Part shown: positions 1 through 13,585 of the stretch, in pieces
How positions within the stretch are numbered: position 1 is the stretch's first letter
Layout of the letters: each line of letters begins with the position of its first letter
Assembly: GCF_006345805.1 (NCBI RefSeq)
Contig: NC_042999.1
Span: 110,980,001-111,044,000 of the forward strand
Length of the DNA stretch: 64,000 bases
DNA from: Octopus sinensis
Lineage: Eukaryota
Direction: 5' to 3'
Made by a program: the position numbers and the translations under genes
The notes under the pieces: generated by a model
What the model was told of the DNA's origin: nothing
Database searches by the model: none
The model's input: only the letters and a program-made list of their open reading frames with translations

Positions 1-519
1 TTTTGATATGTAGATTTGCTTTTGATACAACTCTTGGCATTCCCGTGCTTTCTTCCCTCCGAAGCCAGTCCATGACACAATACTACCCAAAAGCACGTCA
101 GAGTTCACTTCTTTGTCTTTTCACTGCTTTAGTTTCGTTCCACAGCGATTACTACACAATGACATAATAGTATTTAACATTTCTAATTTCTTAGAACAGA
201 ATTGACATCGCTACCCAAGTCTTTGTCAACCCCACGCTTTCATTTTCTTCCTCACTTGTATGACTTCTTCTTTTCTGTTGACTCAAGTACTGTGTGCACA
301 GCGTTGCTAGTAGATGGTCTGTCACTTATACCGGTGGTCAAATAATTCGATCTTTCTCGTATGCTTTCGTTCATCTATCTGTTATTTTTGTACGGCAAAC
401 ATCAAGCAGATCGAGAAAATTTCATAGTAAAAAGAAAGAGAAGAGTTGAAATACACTATTTATATTTTACCCCGGAACCAATCACATTTACCTGGTCATT
501 AATAGCAATCGGCAAACAA

Positions 520-735
520 GGCGGTGAGCTGGCAGATACGTTAGCACGCCGGACGAAATGCTTAGCGGTATTTCGCCCGTCTCTACGTTCTGAGGTCAAA
601 TTCCGCCGAGGTCGACTTTGCCGTTCATCCTTTCGGGGTTGATAAAATAAGTACCAGTTGCGAACTGGGGTTGATCTAATCGACTGGCCCCGTCCCCCAA
701 AATTTCGGGCCTTGTGCCTAGAGTAGAAACGAATA
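520..735 (+). mobile_element. tRNA-derived SINE, family A
   Basis: tRNA-like head ggcggtgagctggcag...gttctgaggtcaaattccgcc. The same head and body recur at 24071 (+) and 56250-56468 (-). Confidence 0.8.
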
Positions 736-1165
736 ACAAAAGGCAAATACATCTGTGTATAGGTACACATTTTTGTTTTTGTTCCACTAACGAGAGAATA
801 ATTATATGGAAAGGTGCTTCGCATTGTCCTTAATTTCATATACTTTACATTCTACCTGATGAAATTTTAATATTAAACAGCTTTGATACGTACTGACTGC
901 TCTTTTCATTAGTGCTAGAAAAAGAGAGTACACCCTTAATACTCATTAGGTTATTTTTGTATTATCTGAAATAGAATACCCACATATCGATTAATCCCCC
1001 AAAATTGAATATTGACTTTTATCAGGTACATTGTATATTTATAGATTAAGACCCCAAAGTACGATATGTATATGCATATAACGCTGTAGGGTTACACCTG
1101 ATTGATTTGGAAATTTGTTTTCCCAAATTATATATATATATAAATATATATATGTATCTATGTAT

Positions 1166-1202
<37 letters not shown>

Positions 1203-1207
1203 GCATA

Positions 1208-1309
<102 letters not shown>

Positions 1310-1812
1310 CAAACACATACTCATTCAGTTGAATTATTGAATTGTTGTATAACTTGGTTCGTGGAAGATGAAATCCTAAGCATAAGTTAAAATAAACAAA
1401 GTAAGCACAGTACATACACAAAACATGTGGAGCTTAGATCAATAAAGAGGTGAAAGAACATAGCAATTATAAACAAGCTGACACGACAATGATATAATTG
1501 ATTGACTGTCGATAGCAGCTATTTCAAATCTACTTCTAATAACTTTGGGAAAAACACGAACATCTTATCCACCCCTTTAAATGGTGGGAAATGGGTGGTG
1601 ATAATTTGAGGGTTCACGTCTTTCATAATAATGATAATTATTTTTATATTTGCCACAAGGGTAACAAAAATACAGAACATTGATTCTAATTATCAAAAAT
1701 GAATATCATGGGATGTACACATAAATGCACACAAACACAGGCACATACACATATATAGTATAAGTACAAAGGAGACATAACAAAATGCAAACCCTGATAC
1801 TATGCACATACA

Positions 1813-1841
<29 letters not shown>

Positions 1842-1843
<2 letters not shown>

Positions 1844-2050
1844 GTGACAGCATGTGTATCGTTGGTGATTTTCTTTCTCCGTCCTCCCTTCCTTGGACCT
1901 TTCCTTTTTCTATGTTTCTGACGAAGAGCTCCGCTCGAAACATTAAATCCTCCTTTCTTTCCTTTCTTGAGCGTCCAATAACACAATACTTGTTCCACAT
2001 CCCCGCGTTGTTGTGTTTTCTCTTTGTTCATGTATGGATTAACTACATAA
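1842..2050 (+). repeat. Dispersed ~200-bp repeat (copy 1) with minimal HHR-like core; Penelope pLTR-like
   Basis: Closely matches 3099-3310 and contains ctgacga-a-gagc-tcc-gctc-gaaa-cattaaat (1918-1948). Confidence 0.7.
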
Positions 2051-3098
2051 ATACATACATACATACATACATACATACTACATACATACATACATACATA
2101 CATACATACATACATACATACATACACACTACCTAAATGCCAATTTTGAGAAATTAGGCTTCTCAAAAACAGAAACGAGAAAGCTGATTCGAAAACTCCA
2201 GATCCAAGCAATCACTGGAACTGTAAAAATCTGTAACACTTTCCAGAAGTTTATCATTTAAGTATATATGAGCATGTCTAGACAAGCAAGTATATGCGTG
2301 AAAGGATATACATAAAACAAAACATACAAATCTGCACATATACATACATATAAATAAAAGTACCCTGTTGATGTTGAAACTCCAATGAAAGTGCCTAGGA
2401 TCTAGTTTAGAAACTGTCTCTTTTTTCTATTGGCAAGAAATTTTGAAATATAACTGAATAATGACATACATGCATGCATACATACGTACATAGATATATA
2501 CTCTCTTTCCTGAACCAATAAGTTACAGGTACATAAACATATCAGCAGGTGGTGGTTGTGGAGGGGGGGGGGCAAACACAAATATAAAGACTTAAACACA
2601 TAGGCATATATATATTGATTGATAGGAGGGTATATATATATATATATATATATAAATATATATATATATACCTCCCATACACACACAGCACACATGCACA
2701 CACACACAGAGTAAAATACAGCTTCTTCACACACACACATACCCACGCATACACACACTGCAAGCAAAACACACGCATTACATATACATACCCGCACACA
2801 CACATACATCAAACTACCAGTACCTTCTTGTGACCATTCTCCTACACGCATGTGTTGGTAGACACACAATAGGCAGCCACTTCTACCAACATTCTTACTA
2901 TAAATTCTTCCAATGACCTTAAACGATACTAAGCCCAACTACACACATAGATAAACAACCACAACCACACACAAACACATACACACAGACCTGTGCGCAC
3001 GCACATACCCACACATACACACATAAACCTCCTTCTCTTGCACTCTCCTGTCTTTGAAAAAACTTTTTCTTCACCCATTCCCTTCCGGTCATTTCAAT

Positions 3099-3310
3099 AT
3101 GTGACCGCATGTGTATCGTTGGCGATTTTCTTTCTCCGTTTTCCCTTCCTTGGACTTTTCCTTTTTTTTATATTTCTGACGAAGAGCTTCGCTCGAAACG
3201 TTAAATCCTCCTTCTTTCTTTCCTTTCCTGAGCGTCCAATAACATTATACTTGTTCCACATCCTCGCGTTGTTGTGTTTTCTCTTTGTTCATGTTTGAAT
3301 TAACTATATA
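3099..3310 (+). repeat. Dispersed ~200-bp repeat (copy 2) with minimal HHR
   Basis: Match to 1842-2050; carries the better-preserved core at 3172-3206. Confidence 0.7.
3172..3206 (+). ncRNA. Minimal type I hammerhead ribozyme motif
   Basis: Stem I attt/aaat; CUGACGA+A; stem II GAGC/GCUC; GAAA; loopless palindromic stem III (CG); cleavage triplet GUU. Confidence 0.55.
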
Positions 3311-3333
3311 TATATTGATTGATTGATGGGAGG

Positions 3334-3391
<58 letters not shown>

Positions 3392-3723
3392 CTGTACATA
3401 TGTACATATATGTATATTCACATATGCGGCGAGTGTGCACATATGTATATGTTTACGTTTGTGTATGAGTATATTTATTTGTATAAATGTCTAATATAAG
3501 GGTAGGCCTGTATCTATGTGAGGATGAAGTTGCATATACACACATGTCTGTGTTAGTGTGTATGTATGAAGATTTTATGAATGCGGAAGGTTTCTAACTA
3601 CTGCGAGAATGTGGTTGCGTGTATTTTATAATTTTTTACTTTTTATATTTCATATCTTTTATATTTTTCATACCTATTAGAGTAACCTTCCTTTTATTCA
3701 ATGTTTTTTTTTCATAACGTCTA

Positions 3724-3798
3724 TTGTCAAAATAGCTGATGAAAATGCCTCAAAGCTCTCAGCTCGGGCATTTGAAACTCTGAGTTCTATTATGACAA
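3724..3798 (+). ncRNA. Type I hammerhead ribozyme motif
   Basis: Stem I ttgtca-a-aatag / ctatt-a-tgacaa; CUGAUGA 3736-3742; stem II AAAUGCC/GGCAUUU; GAAA 3774-3777; stem III CUC/GAG; GUU triplet with predicted cleavage after 3786. Confidence 0.8.
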
Positions 3799-3835
3799 CT
3801 TACTGATTGTCTTATACTATATGTATATATATATA

Positions 3836-3886
3836 TCATCATCATCATCGTTTAACGTCCGCTTTCCATGCTAGCATGGGTTGGAC
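3836..3886 (-). mobile_element. Short fragment of RTE 3' end
   Basis: catcatcatcgtttaacgtccgctttccatgctagcatgggttggac matches 48718-48780. Confidence 0.7.
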
Positions 3887-3919
3887 TATATATATATATA
3901 CATGCACACACACACACAC

Positions 3920-3959
<40 letters not shown>

Positions 3960-3962
<3 letters not shown>

Positions 3963-4100
3963 CAGCTTTTTTCAGTTTCCCTCTACCAAACCTACTCACA
4001 AGGCTTTTGTTGGCCTGAGGATATAGTAGAAGATACTTGTCCAAGGTGCCATGCAGTAGAATTGAACCTAGGACCATGTGGTTTTGAAGCAAGTTTCTTA
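3960..4100 (-). mobile_element. SINE family B, partial
   Basis: Reverse match to the family B head at 19978-20140. Confidence 0.7.
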
Positions 4101-4791
4101 CCACACACCCACACCTATATATATATATATGGTCTGAGTAGACACTTGCTCAAGGAGCAAGGAAGTGAGACTGAACTTGAAACCCTACAGCCACTCCTGT
4201 ATACATACATATATATTTTTTTTTACACACAAACACACACACATATATATAGCTTCCAATATTTATATGATGTGCAGCAGAGATAATATTGTAAAATGGA
4301 TAGCAGGAATATTCTGGAGTGTACTTCCTTCAAAGAAAATGTAACTTTCTCCAAGGCATTCAGAAATCAAGACTATTGAAAAGTAAACAGCAAGGATGTT
4401 AGGTAGCAGGGTTAGATGTTTAGTAATTAGTTTGACATGAAATTATTCCTGGATAACCTTACGACCTTTTCGTTCTAGTGGTGTTATTAAAATGAATACC
4501 AGTAATATAGTGTAAATGAGTCAATAATAATAATATACATTCTCTTAAAAATGAAATTGTCTTATTGTTAATTGAAGAATAAAATACATCATTATCTTCA
4601 TCATCATAAAAATCAATGTCATTATCAACATAGTTATTGTTACTGTTATGTAATTTCACCAAATTTCTTTACTTTAAATATATATGTATGATGCAAGTGT
4701 ACACACATGCACAAATACACACACACACACATACACACAGTACACGTGCATGTGCATATATATGTATATTTTTGTGTGTGTGTGTGTGTAT

Positions 4792-4832
<41 letters not shown>

Positions 4833-4937
4833 CATATATATATATACATATCTATATACATAATTGTGTGCATAAATAAATATATATACACATATATATG
4901 TATATATGTTTGTATGTATGTATGTGTGTGTATATAT

Positions 4938-4986
<49 letters not shown>

Positions 4987-5069
4987 CAAACATGTATATA
5001 TATTTATTTATACACACACAAATATACATGTATATATATATATATGTTTGTATGTATGTATATATATAC

Positions 5070-5396
5070 ACACACACACACACACACGTGCACACTCATA
5101 TATAAAGGTTTTTCAGTCCTGAAGTCATTTACCACAAAAACCTCTGACTGGCCAGAGTCTTTCAGAAGTTACTGGAATTACTTGTCAGTTTTGTTCATGC
5201 TGGTAAATAGATAAGCTATAAACCAGCAACAAAAATGCTGCAAAGAACATGATACATATGCTTTCAAATATTGTCAGAATATATCAATAGCTACTGATGA
5301 ATAATCAACATGGTGCATCTAGATTTGTATAATCCTCAACAAAGACCTCCAGAGAAAATATTCCATTTCAATGTACCGTTAACTGCTGAAAATATC

Positions 5397-5427
<31 letters not shown>

Positions 5428-5767
5428 CACACACGTGCACACTCATATATAAAGGTTTTTCAGTCCTGAAGTCATTTACCACAAAAACCTCTGACTGGCC
5501 AGAGTCTTTCAGAAGTTACTGGAATTACTTGTCAGTTTTGTTCATGCTGGTAAATAGATAAGCTATAAACCAGCAACAAAAATGCTGCAAAGAACATGAT
5601 ACATATGCTTTCAAATATTGTCAGAATATATCAATAGCTACTGATGAATAATCAACATGGTGCATCTAGATTTGTATAATCCTCAACAAAGACCTCCAGA
5701 GAAAATATTCCATTTCAATGTACCGTTAACTGCTGAAAATATCTATATACACACACACACACACACA

Positions 5768-5790
<23 letters not shown>
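5070..5790. repeat. Tandem duplication, 2 x 347 bp, bounded by (CA)n
   Basis: cgtgcacactcatatataaagg starts at 5087 and 5434; the copies look identical. Weak hAT-transposase-like peptides (FQKLLELL, NAAKN..TY, SIATDE) occur across broken frames. Confidence 0.9.
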
Positions 5791-5835
<45 letters not shown>

Positions 5836-7519
5836 AAAAAGAAATCTAAAAAAAATGGGTAAAAAAAGAAAAAAAGATGTTTGCTAGATAGTCTTTCATT
5901 CATACCAAACGCTGTTGTTCAGATATATTTTAGTGAAGATACAAAAGGCCATAATTATATAGAGACAATTCTTCTGTTCATAGAATGAAAAGGAATGTGT
6001 GTTGCAGTGATTTAAAGTGAAGAAACGCTGGTAAAGGCTGAGTCTTTGTATTTCTCACCGTGGAAAGAAATGCCAAATGAGCATGCAAATGCTTAATCCA
6101 TATTTTCATAACCATGATATACTGTACAAGTTGCTTTATTCATTCATTCAGACATTTATTTATCTAGCATTTAGCTGCTGCTGATCACGCTTTGTTATTG
6201 CCGTTGTTGTTGTTGTTGTTACTGTTGCTTTTTGTTGTTGTTGTTGTTGTTGTTCATTGTCATGTTTTTTTTTGTATTTGTTTTACATTATGTATATTTT
6301 TTGTATAGTTGTTGTTGTTGTTGTTGTTTTGTTTCAGTTCAGTTTTTCGTATTTTATTCTGTTTCTTGTTTCTTTTTACTTTACTTTACTTTATTTCCTT
6401 AACACAAAATGGCAAGATGAGATTTTGGTAAGAAACAAAACTGGAATCACGAGAATAATAAAAATATAAATAAAAATTAGCAAAAATATCAACAGCAACA
6501 ACAACGGCAACTACTGCTACAACAACATCAACAATAATGATGATTATAATAATAATAATAATAATAATAATGATAATAATAATGATGATAATGATAATGA
6601 TAATAAGGCAAGCAAAGTAAGAATGGAAGATAGTTCGTGAATGACATAAAGAGAGAAATTTGCAAAAGATTTTGTCTCTTCTCAGTCTGCTTTTATTTAG
6701 AAAGTTCTTAAAGAAAGGAAATTTATATAATTAGACATTCATAGAGATGTTAAAGATTAGTCATACTTAGTAAAAATACTATAGCAATAGCAGACTTGAA
6801 TATATAACTTTATTGATTATATAACTTTTATAGTAATAATATTGATATTAGGGTTATCAAATCCAGTTTCTGTTATATGTTCACCTGAAAGTTGAAGATC
6901 CTTAGAAAGAAATGTGGCTATTATATCATAGATTTTTTCCTAACAGGAATGGGATTAATTAAGATTAGAACTTTTGTAAGAATGTTCAGTTAACCTTGAT
7001 AGAAAAGTGCATAATATTTTCAAAATAGATTGAAAAATGGGTAATTGCATTGAAACATGTCAGGTCAAAACTCTATTTTGACTCATCTTAACTATATACT
7101 GATGATACCATTTGGTGAAATTAAATCCTTTGAAGACATAAAGCTAGCAGAGAGGACCTTTCACTTTAATCTGTCTGACTTGTGACTAATTATTGTTATA
7201 GTGTTTGTTTTTCACACTCTCTTATTCTTATTCATAATTCTCTCACTTCTTCATTATCATTATAAGTTTTCATCACCATCATCATCATCCTCATCGTTAA
7301 TTATTGCTGTCATTTTCACCATCATAAAACTCTCATCGATCATTGGTTAAACATCTTACATTCTGTCTGTGATTCTAACCCAGCTTTCTAGATCTACTTA
7401 AATAACTTTTAATAATTCTTTCTTGACACAATTTTATTTTAGATATCATTTATCTCTGCTTATGGGGTCAAGTAAATTTATCATATATGTAATGACTTGC
7501 GCCAATGCCACATTGAAAG

Positions 7520-7700
7520 CATCCAAGACATGCTGCAAAAGTGGTTGGAATTAAGAAGGGCACCCAGCCATGGAAACCAAGCCAAATCAGATTAGAACCT
7601 GGTGCAACTCCCCATCTTGCCAGCTCTGGTCAAACTGTCTAACCCATACCAGCATGGAAAACAGACGTTAAAAGATGATGATGATGATGATAATGATGAT
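7520..7700 (+). mobile_element. Degenerate copy of RTE 3' end with (GAT)n tail
   Basis: gaagggcacccagccatggaaacc...ccagcatggaaaacagacgttaaaagatgatgatg is the reverse complement of the 48718-48880 type sequence. Confidence 0.65.
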
Positions 7701-8919
7701 GTTACTTCCTCTTGTTGAGTAAGGGTTCACCAGTTAATAAACTGGGGAATTTAATTATGTTCCCTTTTTTAACCTTCTCATAATTCTGTAACTCAGTTTA
7801 CATTTTTTGTTCAAAATAACCTCGACATATTGTATAAGAATTTTTTTCAGAGTTTCTGCAGTTAAATCAACAAACTTCAAAATTACATATGTCGGTACTC
7901 TGAGATATATTCATTTTATGATATTTCAGTGTTAGACTAATATCATTGTCATCCAGTTAGGCAACTCGCGAAGACTAAGATTGGGCTTTGATAACTGAAT
8001 GTCTCATCTGTGCATGTCACGACTACAGAGAATAGCAGTAGTTTGGTACTAACTGACTGGTTGATCTTGGAAACTGACAGTTTGTTGGCTGTTCATCTGC
8101 TCAGCATCTGGTGATATTTACCATTGATCAATAAGTTCATCAGACAAAATAGTTCACATCCACCATGCTGCATCCCATAATTTCAATGCAACCCTGGCTT
8201 GAGTAATTACTAGGTGCTAGGCCTTGTCAAGGGGCCACTTGTAATCTGGCCTGGGACTGTTTATTCCCATATTCACAGGTGACATCTATTTACATGCTAA
8301 CCCATGGATGGGACCCTGACATGTACTCCTACTCCAAGTTAGAGTAGAACTGGGAACAAATGTGGCTATGAGGTGGTTGCACACTCCCCAAAACTCAAGA
8401 ATACCTGAATTAGGGTCCTATTATCAGATGCAGCTTAAAGCCATACATGAGACAAGACTAATAAAAAGGAGGTTTGATGGATACTAGATTGGACATATTA
8501 TTCTTCAGTGATCCTAATGCTGAAAATTTCCAAATTTTGTAAATTATATCTTCTTCATAAATTATTAATGTTGAAATACAAAAATATTAGCTTAAGAAAT
8601 CCTCCTTAAAAGACTCTAATTCTAATCATCTCAAAAAATGACCTGCATAACTCTTGCAGAAAATATAGTTTTGCTTAAAAAAAATTTGGTTATTATCAAA
8701 AGAAGGCTTCTCTAATAACAGCAAATGCTGTACAGAGTTATGTGTTCATTGATAAAAACTCTTGGAGATACTTCATACACACTCATACACACACAAATGT
8801 GTATGTGTATGTATGTATGTATGTATGTATGTATGTATGTATGTATGTATGTATGTATGTATGTATGCATGTATGTATGTATGTATGTATGTGCTACTGG
8901 TAACATGTAATCCAGTACA

Positions 8920-9430
8920 ACCTGTTGCATGGTCGGGTCGTCGTCGACTAAACCGGCAACCCCACCAAGCTTGCTTGGTGAGGAGGGTGTTTATTGGACA
9001 CCCTGCGGGATGAAAAACAAAACCTGTCAAAGAGCGGAGAAACTCTTGAGAGTCAACGGCCATCCAATAAATGTCTTAAGGATGTATCATGCGTGGGGAC
9101 ATAGAAATAATTGGACTGAATACCTGATCGCGCGGTTAAACCATTGGGAGTGAAGGACTCCTAGCCTTTGTTAGGGCATCCTTCTAGGAGAAGGTAACTC
9201 GGGTAACTGGGATAACTCCGACATAAAACCTGCGGCTCAGTGGTTACCGATGATGTTGACTTGTTCTTCTTTTCGGATTATGACTGCTGTTGCTTAGTGA
9301 GTGGGATTGACTCAGTGCACAGCCTTTCCTCACTTTAAAAAAACTCTTCTTGCACAGGCATTGCACGATAACAACAGTGATTACGCTTTGTGCAATGGCC
9401 ATACTCGATAACGAGGGGGCAGCCATCATG
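8920..9430 (+). mobile_element. CpG-rich interspersed repeat, possibly the 5' region of an RTE-type element
   Basis: CpG-rich island in AT-rich DNA; the motif gggcatccttctaggagaaggtaactc resembles RTE 5' UTR motifs from memory only. Confidence 0.3.
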
Positions 9431-9689
9431 TATGTAAGTATATATATATTTTTTTTTTTTTTTTTTTCCAAAAATGAGTTAAAAGATATATATAATCCTG
9501 GCAGTTGCTGTGTTTCCTCTTAAATCGGTTTTATATGCCAGCTAACCACAGCTTGACAAAACTGAGATGTAAACAACAGCCCATTCGATTAGCAGGTTCG
9601 AATTCTGCTCAGGACTGATACACTTCAATAACCACTAAGTAATCACACACTGTATACTGGCACACACTTTTTCCATTTTATTTTTGCTA

Positions 9690-10301
9690 TTAACAGTCCT
9701 TGTAACCCCCTTCGTATCTACGATTGCGCCACGAACTATACAATGAAAATCCAGAGTTATTGGTGGTCGGTGAATTTTTAATAAAAATGCGAAGGTGGTT
9801 CATCAGTTCAAAAATCGATATCCACGAAATAATCATACTTTCTGAATTTTTTAATACTAAAAATATTCCTGACATCTTTGTAATCCCCAAAAATATCGTA
9901 CCCATTAGTCCACCCCTCTGGCCGTGAAGAGGAAACAGACAAAGAGTCGGATAGATGAACAGACCATTATAGTAAGATAGCAAATCTACCCATCTACGGT
10001 GAGATATAAAGGGATAGTATCACAAATCTAAATCCTCTAAATTCACGAACTATATGGGGGTCCGGGGTGGAAATCCGAGTTAATCATCATTGCCGGATTT
10101 TTAATGAAAAAATCAAAGATGATTTATTAATACAAAACTCAATATCCACTAAATAACCATACTTTTTCCCATTTTTTTCTGCTAAAAACCTTCTTGATTA
10201 CTTCCTTCGTAATCCTGAAAAACATCGTGACCACTGGTCCAGCCATTTGACCGTGAAGAGGAAACAGACAGATGGACAAAACGCCCGTTATAGTAAAATG
10301 A
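9690..10301 (-). mobile_element. Two adjacent related ~300-bp elements, Helitron-like non-autonomous repeats (tentative)
   Basis: Both share ccgtgaagaggaaacagaca...ttatagtaa and cacgaactata. Minus-strand starts ctatcttactataa and tcattttactataa resemble non-autonomous Helitron 5' ends; no clear hairpin-CTRR 3' end. Confidence 0.35.
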
Positions 10302-12309
10302 CATTTATTTCAATTAGCTATTATGCTTTTTATTACATTAATTAAGAAAACAATTATTTAATAAATAATTAAATGATATTAAGAAAATATGGAGTAAGCC
10401 ATAATAATAATTTAATAATCTTGTGTAATTTTAATTTATAAATATCTTGTAAGATACTCCTTCAGCTGTTCATGGCTGGCCAGGATCATCCTGCCCAGAG
10501 ACCAAAAAGAAACGTGTGTGTTATGTGTGGTGGTGGTGGTGGTGGTGTGTGTGTGCAGTATGTTTGTTGGTGTGTATGCGTTTCTGTTTGGCTATACAAG
10601 CACCAATAAAAGTACTCAATGCCTGTAGTTCAGTGTATTTGTATAATGTGGTTTGTGATTGCCATTGATAATTTTCCTTCACATGCTTACTTCCAAACAA
10701 GATACTAGTGTAAATCGTAGATTGGGAACAGCTAGAAGTACTGTATACACACACACACATTCATACATGAGTGTGTATGAATGTTTGTGTATGTATATGT
10801 GCATGCACATAATGCCTATATATGCCTGTAAGCGTTTAACTGATTTTGTGTACATGCTTCTTTGAGAAAGTACATATACATGTTTGCATATAGAAATCTA
10901 TACACATGTTGTATGCATTGTTCTTCAAAATATTGCTTATATTTGCTTGAACAAGAAGGAAGCTGATATTTGACTTATGAATATTATGAAGAAAGTATTG
11001 CTGGAGTCACCAGGTCTGGTGCAATAATATACATGTCAGTTTTGTCTTTGAGCAGAAACTCTAATCTTCTATGTCTTTGTAGCTTTCTTTCTCCATACTC
11101 TCTTTTCATTTCCTTTCTTTTTCCTTTAGAATAATTGGAATGCTAATCAAGGGTTGTTGGGGAGAGATATTTGCTAGTGATCTGTCCCGTTGGTGGTGTT
11201 ATGGTGTTGTGATCTTGTGGCGTGGTGTTGAAGAGCGTGGTGATGTATTGGCTTGGTCACATGGTGAAGTAGTAACACAGTGATATGATGGTGCAATGGA
11301 ATGTTAGTGTGATAGATAGTAGTGATGTAGTAGATAGTGGTAGGAGTGTATAGGTGTGGTAGTAGGGTAGTTATAAAAGTGTTGTGTTGATATGGTGATA
11401 TGGGGGGATAGTGGTAAACATAGGGAAGTAACAAGATGGAGCTAGTAGGTCAGCAGGATAAATATACTGCTCACTTTGATAGCTTGAAATGTTAATAGAA
11501 CCAAGATACAAAACCACAGGGGTGTGGGCTGAGCTGAAGAGGCACAGGTTGGGCAGGGCATTTCGTCCCCAAAATCATTGATCCCAGTTGTATTTGAGCA
11601 TCTCTGATTGACATTTACTTAATTTGTTTTGACAATGATATACTACACATGATGCTCGGGTAGACCCAGTTCCTTTACATAGCTGCTGATACAGCCAAGT
11701 GGGCTGTATTGGTAGTGAGGAGGGAATGATGGATCACTGCATTAACCGATTAATCAGAATTTCAACTGGCTTTCACACTACGAAACCAGTTCTGTCTGTA
11801 CAGTGACAGGGATCCTTTTCCATACACACTTTTACTCTTCTTTTTATTTATCTGGTTTGTTTTTACTTCCAATCATTTGTCCTGAGCCCAAAGGACACAA
11901 CTTCTGCTATTCCATCTTCTAATCAGTCTCTCTCTTTCTCTCCCCATCTCTCTTAAGCTTTAAGTGTGTGCATGTGTGAAAGAGAGAGAGAGAGAGAGAG
12001 TGTGTGTGTGTGTGTGTGTGTGTCCATGTGTTTGTGTGCATGTATATATCTATATCAATGTATGTATACGTATGTATATATATGTGTCTGTGTGTATGTA
12101 TATATTTATGTATGTATGTAGGTACGTATGTAAGCATACAATTCTCTCATTATCTTCTTGAATATTTATAATTCTCTCATTTTCATTCCTCCTTATTGTC
12201 TCATTATGTCCTTCTCTCTGACACTACTTCCCTATATCAATTACTATAATTATTTCTTATTGCTACACACATTGCCTCACTCTCACAGAGTCTCCTTTTC
12301 TCTCTGTAT

Positions 12310-12463
12310 ATCATCATCATCATCATCATCATCATCGTTTAGCGTCTGTTTTCCATGCTAGCATGAGTTGGACGGTTCAACTGGGGTCTGTGAAGCCGGA
12401 AGGCTTCATCAGGCCTAGTCAGATCTGGCAGTGTTTCTACGGCTGGATGCCCTTCCTAACGCC
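12310..12463 (-). mobile_element. Young copy of RTE 3' end
   Basis: Nearly identical to 48718-48870, including the (CAT)n tail. Confidence 0.85.
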
Positions 12464-12720
12464 TATATATATATATATATATATATATATGATATAAGCA
12501 AGATTCAGTTGAATAAGGTACTTAGAGTTTAGATACCCAATTAGGTCAGGATAAAATGCATACACATGCATTCATCTGAAGAAAACAGTTTTCTAGAATG
12601 ATATAATGTACTCATTTCTCAATTAAAAAATTCACTAGAAATGGCCATAATGATTGACACCTGTCCTTCAGTTGTTACTCATTTATATATATATACACAC
12701 ACACACATACACACACACAC

Positions 12721-12800
<80 letters not shown>

Positions 12801-12803
<3 letters not shown>

Positions 12804-13207
12804 GGAAAATAAGACTAGGTAGAAAATGCTATAATGATTTTATAATGAAGAACATTTTAGTGCTGGTTTCAGACTTTGCAACTTTTTCAACTTAGATTAA
12901 AGCATGTAAAGCAATTAAATTGTGGAAAAATTAAATGAAATGTTTTTTTTTAATATTTCCATAGTTTTCAAATGCAAGGAATATTTTCCTTTTTCCTGTC
13001 TGTTTTTTTTTTAACTCTTATGAGGGCTTGGTAGTAGGTAGTACTATGGAAATATTTTTAAAAAACATTTCATTTAATTTTTCCACAATTCAATTGCTTT
13101 TCATGATTTACTGTAAGTCGAAAAAGCTGCAAAGGCTGAAACCGGTACTAAAATGTTCTTCATTATAAAATTATTTTAGCATTTTCAACTTTATCTTATT
13201 TTCCTTA
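12801..13207. repeat. Inverted pair of a Penelope pLTR-like repeat with degenerate HHR
   Basis: 12801-12965 is the reverse complement of 13044-13207; 12801-13040 also matches 30790-31030; GAAA-CCGG-UA at 13138-13147. Confidence 0.65.
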
Positions 13208-13384
13208 TACACCACACATGTAAACTTAGATACATAGATATACATACACAGACACACAAAGGTATGTATATATATAAATGTGTGTATGCATGTATGTATG
13301 TATATATACACATATACAAACAGATAGATAAGTTAGAGAGATAGGTAGATACATGCATACATATATACATACATATATACAAAG

Positions 13385-13399
<15 letters not shown>

Positions 13400-13449
<50 letters not shown>

Positions 13450-13517
13450 ATGTTATATATATATATATATGTATGTATGTATGTATATGTATATATATAT
13501 ATATATGTATGTATATG

Positions 13518-13585
<68 letters not shown>

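Noticed and set aside
520-610. tRNA genes
   Set aside because: The tRNA-like heads run into repeated SINE bodies and lack complete cloverleaves; they are treated as SINEs.
8925-9010. Possible HDV-like ribozyme (gac-taaacc-gg-caac)
   Set aside because: I could not find the matching P1 5' strand or P2 3' strand.
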